DNA from: Nitrosopumilus sp.
Lineage (GTDB): Archaea; Thermoproteota; Nitrososphaeria; Nitrososphaerales; Nitrosopumilaceae
Direction: 5' to 3'
DNA: 64,000 bases
Assembly: GCA_965205675.1 (NCBI GenBank)
Contig: OZ242186.1
Coordinates: 1,376,001 to 1,440,000, forward strand
The translations under genes were made by a program, and so were the position numbers. Of the stretch, positions 31,834-43,194 are shown piece after piece. The notes beneath the pieces were generated by a model. The model searched no databases and was not told the DNA's origin. It was given only the letters and a program-made list of their open reading frames with translations. How positions within the stretch are numbered: the first letter of the stretch is position 1; each line of letters begins with the position of its first letter.

Positions 31834-32439
31834 TGGAGTGGACCCCTGTTTTTAGTACCACTTTTTGCATAATCTTACATACAGTCTGATTCATTTATGT
31901 TTTCATCTCCCATAACTCCATGAATTCATCAGGAGTAAGGTATCCTAACGCTGAATGAATCCTGGAACCATTGTAATCGATTCGTGCTTTCTCTAGAGCA
32001 ACTTCGGCTTCCTGATAGTTTGCAAACTCGTACCTCCACAAGTATTCCTTCTTGAGTGTTTTGTGGAATGATTCGACATGTCCGTTTTGTTCTGGCGTGT
32101 GGTGCCCAGATGAATTCATGTCTTATTCCAAGTAGAATAACTGCTTGTCTGAAATCTCGGCTGTTGTATTGCGAACCGTTGTCAGTTCTGAGAATCAGTT
32201 TTGTGCAATCAGGCTTTGCAGTAGCTACTGCATTAATGATGCTGTCAATTGCAGTGCTCTTTGGAGCTGCCACATCAAATGAATGCCAAATCCATTTCCT
32301 GCTAAATGCATCAATCACGTTAAAGCAGTAGCACCATCTGTCAACCCCACACCAGACATATGTGATGTCTGTCTGCCACAACTGGTTTGGTGCATCAGGC
32401 TTGAATAATGTTCTGGCAGATTTGATGATGTCATTTTTG
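31834..32439 (-). mobile_element. IS3/IS481-type integrase-core fragment, truncated by IS66
   Basis: WQTDITY, RTDNGSQY, NGHVESFHKTLKKE, RIHSALGYLTP. Confidence 0.85.
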
Positions 32440-33824
32440 GTAACTGTCTAGAGTTTTGAAGTAAAATCTCCAAGATATTCTAAAGAATAATCATGAAAGT
32501 TTAATCCTCGTAATCTGCATGTCTCCTTTATACTCATCAGTATCTTATGAGAATCAGCACCATGAATGGTTCTATGACCGTTTGTAATTTTACGAATTAT
32601 CACATTTGGTCTGATTGCCCCCTCTGCTGTGTTATTGTGTGAATCAGTTCCAGTAATTAGGAATGTAAAAAGCATTTCTCTCTCACGTTTCAATCTTTTT
32701 ACAAACCTGATACAGTTTTTCTCTGTGTATTTTTTTGATATGATGTGATTAATTCTCCTTTCAAGATTCTTTTTTGCACGGATTCTTTCTGATTCTGATT
32801 TTATTTTTGCCACACCATGAGAGTCATAAATTATTTTCTTGAGATTCTTGGCAAATGGTGCAAATTCTGGTCCGGGATTCTTGTGATTAATGGTATCATT
32901 AACCTCTCTGAGATAATGGATGTGACATTTCTGGTGAGTGTTTCCAACATGGTTCCATGCAGGGTACGAATCACTTGTAATGTTGCCATCATATCCCTTG
33001 AGAATTCTCTTGGGAACATCCATTGAACGTGATTTGTCAATCTCGTAAATTACAGTCCATTTACTCACAAATGCCCACAACCAGTGGTTCTGGCCATCTA
33101 TCCTCCAACTTGTCTCATCACCATGTATGTTTAGATCTTCTTTTAACTCTGCAATCATTGTATCATATCTGCTCCCAAATGCTTTTGATACTGTTGATAC
33201 TGCATGATTAATTGCAGATTCTGTAATGTGCAGTGAGAAGAGCATCTGCAAAAGATGAGATATTTTACCATACGATAATCCGATAGTTTTCAGTGATATG
33301 ATTAGCACCATGAGCCTAATCCCAAATCTCTCATTGGGTAGCGCAGTGTGAATGTTACCCGAGATTTGTTTTTTGCAGTTTGTATCGTCTAACTATCGTA
33401 TATTTTGTCACAACTGCTTTTGCAGGAATGATGTCTTCTACTATTCTGGTGTATGAATCAGTTGGTTCTGAGAGTGATTTGCCACATGTGTTGCACTCTT
33501 TTTGGTCAACTGTAATGGCATCATCAATGTGTGCCCGTCTGCTTCTGCTTTTTCTAGGATGTCTTGATGTTTTCTTCTTTTTTGCAGTTTCAGTCTTGTT
33601 TGGTTTTGCTTTGATATTTCTTGCAACAAGTGTAGACACTGTTTGTTTTAGTTCTGCAATTTCTCTGTGTAACTGACGGTTTTCTTGCTCCAACGAGTGA
33701 CATCTGTTACGATAATATTCCAGCTCATCATATACTGACAATGGTATATTGTAATTTGTCACTGATCAGAAAAGATATAGATAAAAAATATTAAAGAAAG
33801 TACTTCAAAACTCTAGACAGTTAC
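32440..33824 (-). mobile_element. IS66-family element, copy 2
   Basis: Near-identical to copy 1, including the same frameshift. Confidence 0.92.
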
Positions 33825-34090
33825 TCCATTACACATTTTGAGTTTTTTGGGATTGCAGAAAATACTTTTTTGATATCCTCTCTGGTGTTTGTAATTTTTT
33901 CATTGAATAATGTATGTCCTTTATCATCCATTGTTTCGACCTGTAAGAATTCTTTGTGCAAATCAATTCCGACATAGGTCATGGGTTTTGTCTTTCTAGT
34001 CCTAATGATTTTCTTTGGCTTTTTCTTGGAGATGTATCTTTTAGAAACTATAGAATCAGCAGTACCATCTAAATTTCGTTGTTTATTCAC
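33825..34090 (-). mobile_element. IS110 recombinase N-terminal part
   Basis: YVGIDLHK...CVME continues into ESSSVWY at 27283. Confidence 0.88.
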
Positions 34091-34158
34091 ATATGGTTAC
34101 ATTGAATCAATTGCGCAACTCATCTAATGATTTTTGTCCCTATGAGATGTGTTTTTAA

Positions 34159-34452
34159 TTATGGGAGAGTTCCAGTGTCATCATAAAAATTTTCGGGATA
34201 ATCGGGATCGTTGAAAATCTCAACAGCTCTTTTTGGATCGCCATCTGCCAAACGCATAACAGCAGAATATTCACGTTCAGTAAATATGTGATTTGTATTT
34301 TGTTCTACATAATCATACCTCTCCCGTGCCATTTTTGATAACTCATCCATATCTACTAGCCCTATTTCGGATTGCGATAATGATAAAGTAAGCGTAATCA
34401 CAATTAAAATTGGTAATAATGAAACTATTGTTAGTATTAAAATTTTGTTCAT
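34159..34452 (-). CDS. Small membrane-anchored protein downstream of a protease
   Basis: N-terminal TM/signal helix. Confidence 0.65.
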   Translation of the reverse strand: MNKILILTIVSLLPILIVITLTLSLSQSEIGLVDMDELSKMARERYDYVEQNTNHIFTEREYSAVMRLADGDPKRAVEIFNDPDYPENFYDDTGTLP

Positions 34453-34490
34453 TTTCTATCTTTATCCACAATAAAAAAAGAAAAGAGAAT

Positions 34491-35504
34491 TTAGATTCCC
34501 AAGTGTGTTGCAACTTGATCCCAAGGAGAGAAATATTTCAAACCACCAGCATTGCCATTACACCAATAAGCATAGTTGGTTCCACTGTTAAGATCCACCT
34601 CACAGGCTCTGCCAACATGTTGGCCTAAGAGTTTGGCTGAAGATGTACCAGTAAGAGTGAATATTGGTGCTCCACTATCCCCACTTGTACTGGAATAACT
34701 TCCAATGGCTTGATCATTTAAGATACCATCAGGATCTTTAATGGTTACATCTGTGTCTAAAATGTATCCACTACTTGTAGTGTGAAAACCTGCTATTCTA
34801 ATGAACTTGTTCAAAGTAATATCACTAGATGTACCATATGTTACAGCATAGTTCCTACCGTTGAAGTGTATCGAATCATTGATGTATGCATTATCACATT
34901 GGGAATTGTATGTATCAACTCCATATGCTGCATCAGCATATGCTCCATTATAGTTATTGTCTTTAGTGATTTTCACTTCGTTGCAAGCTATAGTAGTACC
35001 TGTAACTCCAGCAGCTACAATATCATTTAAAGCATAAGCATGACCAGTTGTTATGATTTTGTTATTTTTTACTATAGTTACAGTTGCTTCCTTGTTTGCA
35101 ACCAATGAATCACCACCTCTGATATTTGCTTCTCTTTCAAATTCAAAATACCTAACTTCCAAATCAACATCAGTATTAAGATCTGATCTTACATTATCAT
35201 TAGAATATTTTTCATTAAATTCCGTTGCCTTAACAGCATCGATACCTACAACTAATTTTCCATTGTCTTCAAAAATTAGCTTGTACGGTATTCCATATTC
35301 ATCAGATGTGGTGTATCTTTTGTCAGTATTTTTGGCTTTTTGATCTTTGTTGGTTTGTTCTCTCATCTTGTCTTTGATTTTTTCTTTAACCAAAGATTTT
35401 TCATCTACTTGCTTTGCTTCTGCAAAATCCATACCAGAGAAAGGCAGAATCATTGCAGCAATCAAAGATGCAAACAAAATAGTTTTTGCGTTTTTGATAA
35501 TCAT
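34491..35504 (-). CDS. Secreted S1 serine protease
   Basis: KTILFASLIAAMILPFSGM signal; TTGHA, DAAYG, GDSGAP. Confidence 0.8.
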   Translation of the reverse strand: MIIKNAKTILFASLIAAMILPFSGMDFAEAKQVDEKSLVKEKIKDKMREQTNKDQKAKNTDKRYTTSDEYGIPYKLIFEDNGKLVVGIDAVKATEFNEKYSNDNVRSDLNTDVDLEVRYFEFEREANIRGGDSLVANKEATVTIVKNNKIITTGHAYALNDIVAAGVTGTTIACNEVKITKDNNYNGAYADAAYGVDTYNSQCDNAYINDSIHFNGRNYAVTYGTSSDITLNKFIRIAGFHTTSSGYILDTDVTIKDPDGILNDQAIGSYSSTSGDSGAPIFTLTGTSSAKLLGQHVGRACEVDLNSGTNYAYWCNGNAGGLKYFSPWDQVATHLGI

Positions 35505-35620
35505 TGTGAATTGTGTTTCATAATGGCATTATATAATTTGTTTTGATTTTGTAGTCTTATTCTTAATCTATGGAATCATAATAATTAATGTGAATTACAA
35601 ATCATATGATGGCACCCGCC

Positions 35621-37795
35621 TATACCTCGGAGCATAATTCTTTGCAATTTTTCAAAACAAATAGCAATACTTTTTGATCAGTAGTTAGAAATAATTTCAT
35701 GGACATCACAAATGACGAGTTACTCCAGGCCTACAAAAAAGAAAAGTACGGTAAGAAAAAGGAAAGACTGCATGCAATGTGTATAATTAAGATCAACGAA
35801 TCCACAATTGCTGAAACTGCCAACCAAATGTTTTGTACCTACAATTCTGTAAGGAATTGGCTTGATTCATTTGAAAAATATGGATTGGAGGGCCTGGAGG
35901 ATCTCCCTCGTTCTGGCCGTCCGCCATTAATCTCACATAAAGCATTACAAAAAATAGAGCGTGCATTTAAGAAAATTTCAGACGGCATGACTCCAAAGAA
36001 ACTGATACAATTCATATTTTACAGAACACACATTACATATCATATCACTCATGTGCGTCGTTTGATGCACAAATGGAATCTAAAACCAAAGGTTCCACAA
36101 AAACTACATGTACGAGCAGCATCCAAGGATACATGCCGCAAGTGGAAAAACCGCATCATTTCACGCATAGAAAAGGCAAAAAAGAAAGGTTTTACAGTAG
36201 ACCTCTTGCGTAATTACAAACAAAATCTTATCTTTCATTGAATTTAATTTCAAATAATTTCTAATCTTATGGAATCACAACAAACTCTTGCTTCCATCTT
36301 GTCTTGAAATTTACAATTCCACATACGATGCCACTTATTGCATCATACCTGCACAATCTATTCCTAAATGTCTCAGAATTAATCCTAAACTTTTTGATTT
36401 GAGAGATAATATGTTCTACTTTTATTCGGATTCTTGACTGCATCTTGTTCCATTCCTTTTGATGTATGGTCAGTTTTTTTCCTTTCTTTTTCTTGTATGG
36501 TAGAATGCTTGTCTGTTCTGGGAAATCTTTTTCCACTCCCAAATACCCAAGGTCATAAAATATCATCACATCTTCGGGCAGTTCTGGATGTCTGATTTTC
36601 AGTATGGCATAATCATGTTACCTGGAGAATGTGGGGGTTTGTGGATTATCTCACCTTTCTGGTTTATGGTGATTTGGTTTTTTATTGTGTGTTTTTTCTT
36701 TTTGCCTGAATAGTGAGTCTTTTCTTTTTGTTCTGGGGTCTTGGGATTGGTTGTTCAGTACCATCAGTCATTGCAATTAATTCAGGAAAGAACAGTTGGA
36801 GTTGCTGTACATCATTTATTTTTTTAGAATCAGAGTATAGTTTTGCAGGAATAGGAACTGTTTTTCTTACTGCAGGCTCTAAATCTGATGTTTCTGTAGA
36901 CGTTGCTCTGGTCTAATCCAAACAGATATCCTGTCAATTCACATGTCAGGTACATCCGATAGTAAACAAACAACATTACAAGCTGGTCTTCAAGACTCAA
37001 ATCAAACTTTCGCCCAGCTCCGATACTTCTTTTTCTCTTTGCTTTGGATAGTCTCTTCTTTTCTTCTATACGGTGATTCTTTCTGACATCCTTTAGAATC
37101 ACATCAAACTGTTGCCTAGTCACTCCAGTAAAAGAGAGAAGGGATTTTGGCTTTTTTGAGAGTTGCTTGTATGTTAACATGAAATGTGTTAAGTTGTTCT
37201 TAGCTTTGGATCTTGCTGTGAAGGAATTTGTGTAATATGGTAAAATATGTCTAATTACGCAAGAGGTCTAGTATTTATCCAAGACGAGTCTGTATTTGTC
37301 GACGATGTACGTCTTGGCAAAAAATACTGGACAGATGCACACCAAAGATTAATTGTACGTTGGAGAGGATCACATCAAAGATTTTTGGTTTATGGAAATG
37401 ATGACTGATGATAATCAAAGTTTTTTTAGATCGTATGAAAAATTTAATTCAATTGCATTTATGGATTATTTGGAGGCAGCTCGTAAAAAATTTGGAAAAA
37501 TATTTGTTATCGTCGATAGAGCACCACAACACAAAGCTAATGATGTAAAAAAATATCTGCACAAAAACAAAGATGTCAAACTGGCATATCTTCCGAGAGG
37601 CTCCCCGCATTTGAGTATGATTGAAGAGATTTGGAGACAGTGCAAACATGTTAATGTTGAATCAGAATTTTATGAATCTATTCATGAAATGAGGCATACA
37701 GTTATGGAATATTTTAGAACGCACAAATTTAATTTGAATATGTATCAGTATTTTGCAAGAACAATAAATTGAAAAGACTTATGATCTGGGGTATA
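35621..37795 (+). mobile_element. IS630-family element (TA-flanked), interrupted by an ISL2-type IS
   Basis: Ends TATACCTCGGAGCATAA / TTATGATCTGGGGTATA; RSGRPP, QDES, DRAPQH, IEEIW. Confidence 0.9.
36199..37269 (-). mobile_element. IS5-superfamily ISL2-group IS (HTH_Tnp_4/DDE_Tnp_4-like), frameshifted
   Basis: TIR AGACCTCTTGCGTAATTA; 3-bp TSD AGT; DLGYLG, RIKVEH. Confidence 0.88.
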
Positions 37796-37979
37796 CCTAT
37801 CTTATTTTTTTCATCATATGATGCATCTACATGAATTTTATAGGATTGTGAGGTTATAGGATAATTATTTTTCATTTTCATCTCTTCCTACACATAATTA
37901 TCAATAATTTCTCAACATCCCATCCATTCTCTAATCAATGCCTTATCTGATATTCATTTCTCGTTTATTTTCATTCATT

Positions 37980-38315
37980 TTATTTACGTGTCCTACGTCT
38001 AGAAGCGCCAAAAGAACCAGGTTCAAATCCCAGAAATTCATTAATCTTTCCACCTAACGTTTTTGGCTCAAATTTCTTTTTATAATAACTTCCACTAGAC
38101 GTACTCTTGTCGAGATTACAGTTAATGCATGCGGGAACCAAGTTTCGAAGGTAGTTAGAGCCTCCTTTTGCACGAGCTTTACTATGATCTATGTGCCATG
38201 CTCCTCGCATTCCATATTTACCATAATTCCCAAATGCCAATTGTTTTTCACAATAGTAACAATGTCCGTCATTTTTTTCATATACATAATTGATTTCATC
38301 ATTAGTAAAAGCCAT
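37980..38315 (-). CDS. HNH endonuclease
   Basis: CYYC...HIDH...GGSN..NLVPAC..CN..K. Confidence 0.88.
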   Translation of the reverse strand: MAFTNDEINYVYEKNDGHCYYCEKQLAFGNYGKYGMRGAWHIDHSKARAKGGSNYLRNLVPACINCNLDKSTSSGSYYKKKFEPKTLGGKINEFLGFEPGSFGASRRRTRK

Positions 38316-38457
38316 AATTCATCAACTGTTAATATGGAAATGTAATTGTAATTTCTTTTCCTTCTGGTATGACTTTATTACATTCAGGAGTGTATTTTTT
38401 GTATAGAGTATTGCCAAAATGACCCAATGCTCTATAGGTCTCTAACAAAGATAATCA

Positions 38458-38538
38458 CTAGTCGTCAGCAAGTTCATCTAAAAGTTCAGAATATTTCTCA
38501 ATGAGTTCATCAGTAACTTTTTCATCTTTAGGACTCAT
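38458..38538 (-). CDS. 26-aa acidic peptide, candidate Doc antitoxin
   Basis: MSPKDEKVTDELIEKYSELLDELADD; overlaps the Doc-like stop. Confidence 0.5.
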   Translation of the reverse strand: MSPKDEKVTDELIEKYSELLDELADD

Positions 38539-38974
38539 ACAGTTTCATTCTTTTTGAAATATAAAAAGACATCTGAGTCATAGTTTCAACATGGAGTCCA
38601 CGCCTATGTCTTTTGATCTCTTCTAGCATTTCTCTTATTTCCAAATTTCCTTTACCTAATTCTATATTTACTTCATATCCATGATCGTGTAGAAATTTTG
38701 TTGCAGAAATTATTCCAGTTCTTCTATTACCATCCTCAAAAGGTTGTTCCCAAGCAATTTTACACATTAAATGAACTGCTTTTTCAATCAAATCTTCTAT
38801 TTTATTTCCTGAATTTCCAACACTATCTACATGTGGAATTACCGTGTCAATGGTACGTGTTGTGCCAATCCACACCTGTTTACCAGTTAATCTCCTGTGT
38901 CTTTCTAGAATTTTTTTATTGGTTTCAATCAAGTATGTTTCTGTAACCATAGTGATACTTGATTCTTCAGACAC
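38528..38974 (-). CDS. Doc/Fic-family protein (motif QPFEDGNRRTG)
   Basis: Fic motif with His replaced by Gln. Confidence 0.8.
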   Translation of the reverse strand: MSEESSITMVTETYLIETNKKILERHRRLTGKQVWIGTTRTIDTVIPHVDSVGNSGNKIEDLIEKAVHLMCKIAWEQPFEDGNRRTGIISATKFLHDHGYEVNIELGKGNLEIREMLEEIKRHRRGLHVETMTQMSFYISKRMKLYES

Positions 38975-39439
38975 TCTTCTTTTGGATAATTTGCCCTTAA
39001 TATTTACGGCGCAAAGTTAGAGTCATCACGAATAATAAAAGAGAAAAATGTTGAGATAATTTTTATTATTTTGTAATAATTGGAAATATATTCAAGGGCA
39101 TTGGTTCCGATTGGGGTATTTCAGTTTGGATTTTTTCTGATTCTTGAATTATTTTTATCCTATTTAATGAAGGATGGAAAACGGAACTGCTAAGTTGGCG
39201 GGGCATTACTACAAATCTTATTGCTGGTAAGTGTCGAGGCTTTTATTTATCTGACTTTCTTCTATGGATCTGTTAAGTAATCAGTAGATAGTCTACAAAT
39301 TTTCTTCCTGTTAAGGGTCGCTATCTGGTATTTTTTTAGGAATTGTCCAGTAATTCCCATCACTTGATTCATAATACTGAAAAAATTTACCACATTTACA
39401 TTTGTATCGTATAACTGACGTTGTTCTATAATTCCAAGA

Positions 39440-40133
39440 TTTTACAGAACACGCATTACATATCATATCACTCACGTGCGTCCTTTGATGCACAAATGGA
39501 ATCTAAAACCAAAGGTTCCACAAAAGGTACATGTGCGAGCAGCATCCAAGGATACATGCCGCAAGTGGAAAAACCGCATCATTTCACGCATAGAAAAGGC
39601 AAAAAAGAAAGGTTTTACAGTATTTATCCAAGACGAGTCTGTATTTGTCGACGATGTACGTCTTGGCAAAAAATACTGGACAGATGCACACCAACGAATG
39701 ATTGTACGTTGGAGAGGATCACGCCAAAGATTTTTGGTTTATGGAAATGATGATAATCAAAAAATTTTAGATCGTATGAAAAATTTAATTCAATTGCATT
39801 TATGGATTATTTGGAGGCAGCTCGTAAAAAATTTGGAAAAATATTTGTTATCGTCGATAGAGCACCACAACACAAAGCTAATGATGTAAAAAAATATCTG
39901 CACAAAAACAAAGATGTCAAACTGGCATATCTTCTGAGAGGTTCTCCACATTTGAGTATGATTGAAGAGATTTGGAGACAGAGCAAACATGTTAATGTTG
40001 AATCAGAATTTTATGAATCTATTCATGAAATGAGGCATACAGTTATGGAATATTTTAGAACCCACAAATTTAATTTGAATATGTATTATTTTGCAAGAAC
40101 AATAAATTGAAAAGACTTATGATCTGGGGTATA
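39440..40133 (+). mobile_element. 5'-truncated IS630 copy
   Basis: Matches 58070-59161, including shared indels; ends GATCTGGGGTATA. Confidence 0.88.
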
Positions 40134-40346
40134 TATGTCTTTAAATTTTTTCAATGCATCCTCAAATTTGGATATGTCCATACTGATAAGTCGTTCACGC
40201 AGTCCGCTTATGGTATTTTGAAGACCGCCAATCTTGTCAAGTTCGTCTTTGTATTTTGTTATGTAATCATCTAAATTTTTCAATATGTCAACATCTTCGG
40301 CATTATACCAACCAAGTTTGATGGCACATGTTTTTAGATAAGTCAT
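40086..40346 (-). pseudogene. Hypothetical ORF whose 3' end runs into the IS630 end
   Basis: C-terminal residues derive from the IS terminus. Confidence 0.45.
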
Positions 40347-40906
40347 AAGTTTTGTGAACTCTGATTCTGTCTTTACTGATAATGATTGATTAGGTCCTTA
40401 TCATTCTAAGATATTTTTGTTTAGTTTCGTTTGTTTCTGCCACTTGAAGTTTGAAATATTTACTATCACTTCTTATTGAATATGTATTTAGAATATGATT
40501 ATTTTCTTTCCACAAAATAGGACTATGTTTATTTTTTCTTAGTTTTTGGATTAGTTTATCAATTCCTTTATATCATCTAAATTCTTTTTTGCATCATCTG
40601 CAAGTTCATCAATTTTACTCATGATGTTATTTTACTAAAGAAGATAAAAAGTGATCTTATGCTAGCGAGATTCCATAAAGGAGGTGATAGCATAAGATCC
40701 GATCGTATTTTATGAGCCATTGTAAACATTATAAAAGGTTCTGTTAACCTGACGTGGTGTAATTCCTCATGTCGGGACTATTCTCCACACGAGTTGTTGT
40801 CCTATGACATAATTAAAGTTTTAGTGTATTAGGCTTAAAACACTTAATTAGATATAAAAGGTTAATTGTACTAAAAAGCCATATTTATAAAACATGAAAT
40901 CAGATA

Positions 40907-41092
40907 TTGATCATGGGCAAGATTCCGATAACAAGCGTGATGAGGGCATCTGCATCCACCAACTCGATTAAGACCACCATACCTGGAAGCATTGCAGAGG
41001 AATTGGAACTAGAGGCAGGTGACAATCTAATGTGGAAGATCGAAAAAATCAAATCAAGTAAAGTTGCCGTGATAAAGAAGATCTCAGAATGA
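40907..41092 (+). CDS. AbrB/MazE/SpoVT DNA-binding protein
   Basis: SIKTTIP..IAEELELEAGDNLMW. Confidence 0.8.
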   Translation: MIMGKIPITSVMRASASTNSIKTTIPGSIAEELELEAGDNLMWKIEKIKSSKVAVIKKISE

Positions 41093-41170
41093 TTTGAGAA
41101 AATACAGGCTATCGATTGTTGTGATTATAATTGTAATGGCACGTTATTAGTAAGATATCATTTTATTTAT

Positions 41171-42820
41171 GTGGATAATCTATTTTGTAATATGGGGGAT
41201 TTAGAAATAGCAGTATGTTCTCTTTTACAATCTTGTGCTATTGATTGCTGTCAGATAGATGGTAATGTCAAAATGAAAGATCTTGGAATAAAGATAGATG
41301 ATCCTAATCAAGACATAGAGTTTGATATTTTAGCCGTGGTGGAAAATATTGGAATTATATTTGAAACAACAACACAAAGCAAAGGAAATAAGAAAAAGAT
41401 TGATGAGTTTATGCACAAGGCAGATAATTTCATCTCAGCACATAAACAAAACACTCTAAATCTGAATGTTTTTAATAATTCCGACCATTTTCAAAGTAAA
41501 TTAACAGAAATTAAAGAATGGAGATTTGTTTATATCGGTACTAGTGAAGAACTCGAAACAAAAAATATAATTCCGTCCATATTTCCCAATAGTAACAATA
41601 TAGTAATCTTAAATGCTAAAGTTTTAGAATATCTACAATATTTAGAAGAGTGTCTTGGAACATTTGCTAAAAACGATGTTTTGTCATACTTAAAAATAAT
41701 GCCAATAGACCCAGAAGCACCCAGAAAAAATCTTGAAATTACAGCAATTAAACTAGAAAATAAAAAAATTTCAGGTAGTATTGATGCAGATGTGTTTCTT
41801 TTCCAAATTCCTGCATCTAATTTGTTATACCTTGCTCATGTTCCACGATATGGTTATGATGATGACGTCTCTCAAGACACATATATCAATTATCAGCGTT
41901 TGCCTAAAAAAAAGAAACTTCAAGACATTACTGAGCTGATAAAAAAAGGTCAAGGAAATTATTCATTTCCGAATGCTGTTACCGTTGTTTTGCCAGATAA
42001 CATACGCATTTCAGAAGAAAACAAATCTGTAAAACAATTAATAATTCCATGTAGTCGGAGATCAATCAAAATTATTGATGGCCAACACAGAATTTTTGCA
42101 TATGCAAGATCCGAATTATCTGATGAACGTCTAAAAAAATCAAAGATCATGGCAGTAGGTCTCAAATTCCCAAAAAAATCCCAGCAAAATAAAGAAGAAG
42201 CTAAAATATTTGTAGAAATTAATCGTGAACAAACAAAAGTCCCAAAAGATCTAATTCTGCTTTTGGGGTATCCTGTATTAGGCGAAACAACTCCTATTGC
42301 TTTGAGTGCATATGTAATATCAAAATTAAATATTGAAAAAGGAGGGGCATTACAAAATATCCTTGCAACCAAACCCCATTTCATAAAATCGTCTAAATCA
42401 AAACCAATAGAAATCGTAATGATTTCAAAGGAATTGTCTAAAATGTTTAATGATAAAAAAATCAAGAACGATTCCCCCGAAAAAAATATTGATTATCTCT
42501 ATGACATAACTTCAAAATATTTTAGAATATTGAAGAGCAACTTTGATGATGATTGGCAAAATAAAAGTTCATTGATTTTTTCTAGTAAATACATTGCCGC
42601 ATTTGTAAGATTACTAGTAGAATATAACAAAAAAGGATACAGTCAGAACACAATAGGTAACAAGATCCAAAAATTAAAGAAAAAACTAGTAGATCTTTTG
42701 CAAAGTGAGGATGGCATGCTAGAAGACAAGATTGTTTTTTCAAGAAACTACAAAATTATACCACCCATAAAAGCGGATCATACAACGATTGTCAAATTTA
42801 TTCTCAAGTATGGATTATAA
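41171..42820 (+). CDS. DGQHR (DndB-like) domain protein with N-terminal PD-(D/E)XK-like domain
   Basis: YQR, FPNAV, IIDGQHR, IFVEINREQ; N-terminal EFDIL...IFET. Confidence 0.8.
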   Translation: MDNLFCNMGDLEIAVCSLLQSCAIDCCQIDGNVKMKDLGIKIDDPNQDIEFDILAVVENIGIIFETTTQSKGNKKKIDEFMHKADNFISAHKQNTLNLNVFNNSDHFQSKLTEIKEWRFVYIGTSEELETKNIIPSIFPNSNNIVILNAKVLEYLQYLEECLGTFAKNDVLSYLKIMPIDPEAPRKNLEITAIKLENKKISGSIDADVFLFQIPASNLLYLAHVPRYGYDDDVSQDTYINYQRLPKKKKLQDITELIKKGQGNYSFPNAVTVVLPDNIRISEENKSVKQLIIPCSRRSIKIIDGQHRIFAYARSELSDERLKKSKIMAVGLKFPKKSQQNKEEAKIFVEINREQTKVPKDLILLLGYPVLGETTPIALSAYVISKLNIEKGGALQNILATKPHFIKSSKSKPIEIVMISKELSKMFNDKKIKNDSPEKNIDYLYDITSKYFRILKSNFDDDWQNKSSLIFSSKYIAAFVRLLVEYNKKGYSQNTIGNKIQKLKKKLVDLLQSEDGMLEDKIVFSRNYKIIPPIKADHTTIVKFILKYGL

Positions 42821-42993
42821 ATTAAAACATGAAATATTTGATAATAGTCTTTATACATAATTATTTCTATTCAAAATTATTACACTCAAAATTTTGGAGA
42901 AAATTCAATTCCCATAGACTTAATGGTTAAAACTCTATCATGTATTCTTGTGCCCCCGAAGGTTAATAAACCGATTTTTAAATATATGATCCA

Positions 42994-43194
42994 TTGCTTT
43001 CTAATACAATAAGTGACAGAATTGTAAACAAATTAAAAGAAATTGTAACAGATGAAAATGAACTAAAGATGATACTTGATCTTCTGGAACGTGAGGATAG
43101 TTATTATTCAAACCAAGATTTTGCAAAAATTAAGAAAGACTATCAATACATGATGGATCAATATTTTCCATTCAAGGAATCACAAAATGAGTGA
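42994..43194 (+). CDS. Small helical protein, PbeB-like
   Basis: 66 aa, coupled to the SMC-like ATPase. Confidence 0.55.
   Translation: MLSNTISDRIVNKLKEIVTDENELKMILDLLEREDSYYSNQDFAKIKKDYQYMMDQYFPFKESQNE

Larger units (their letters stand above)
27287..33824. mobile_element. IS66 composite transposon with 8-bp TSD TCCATTAC
   Basis: TSD at 27279-27286 and 33825-33832, outside the outer TIRs. Confidence 0.9.
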
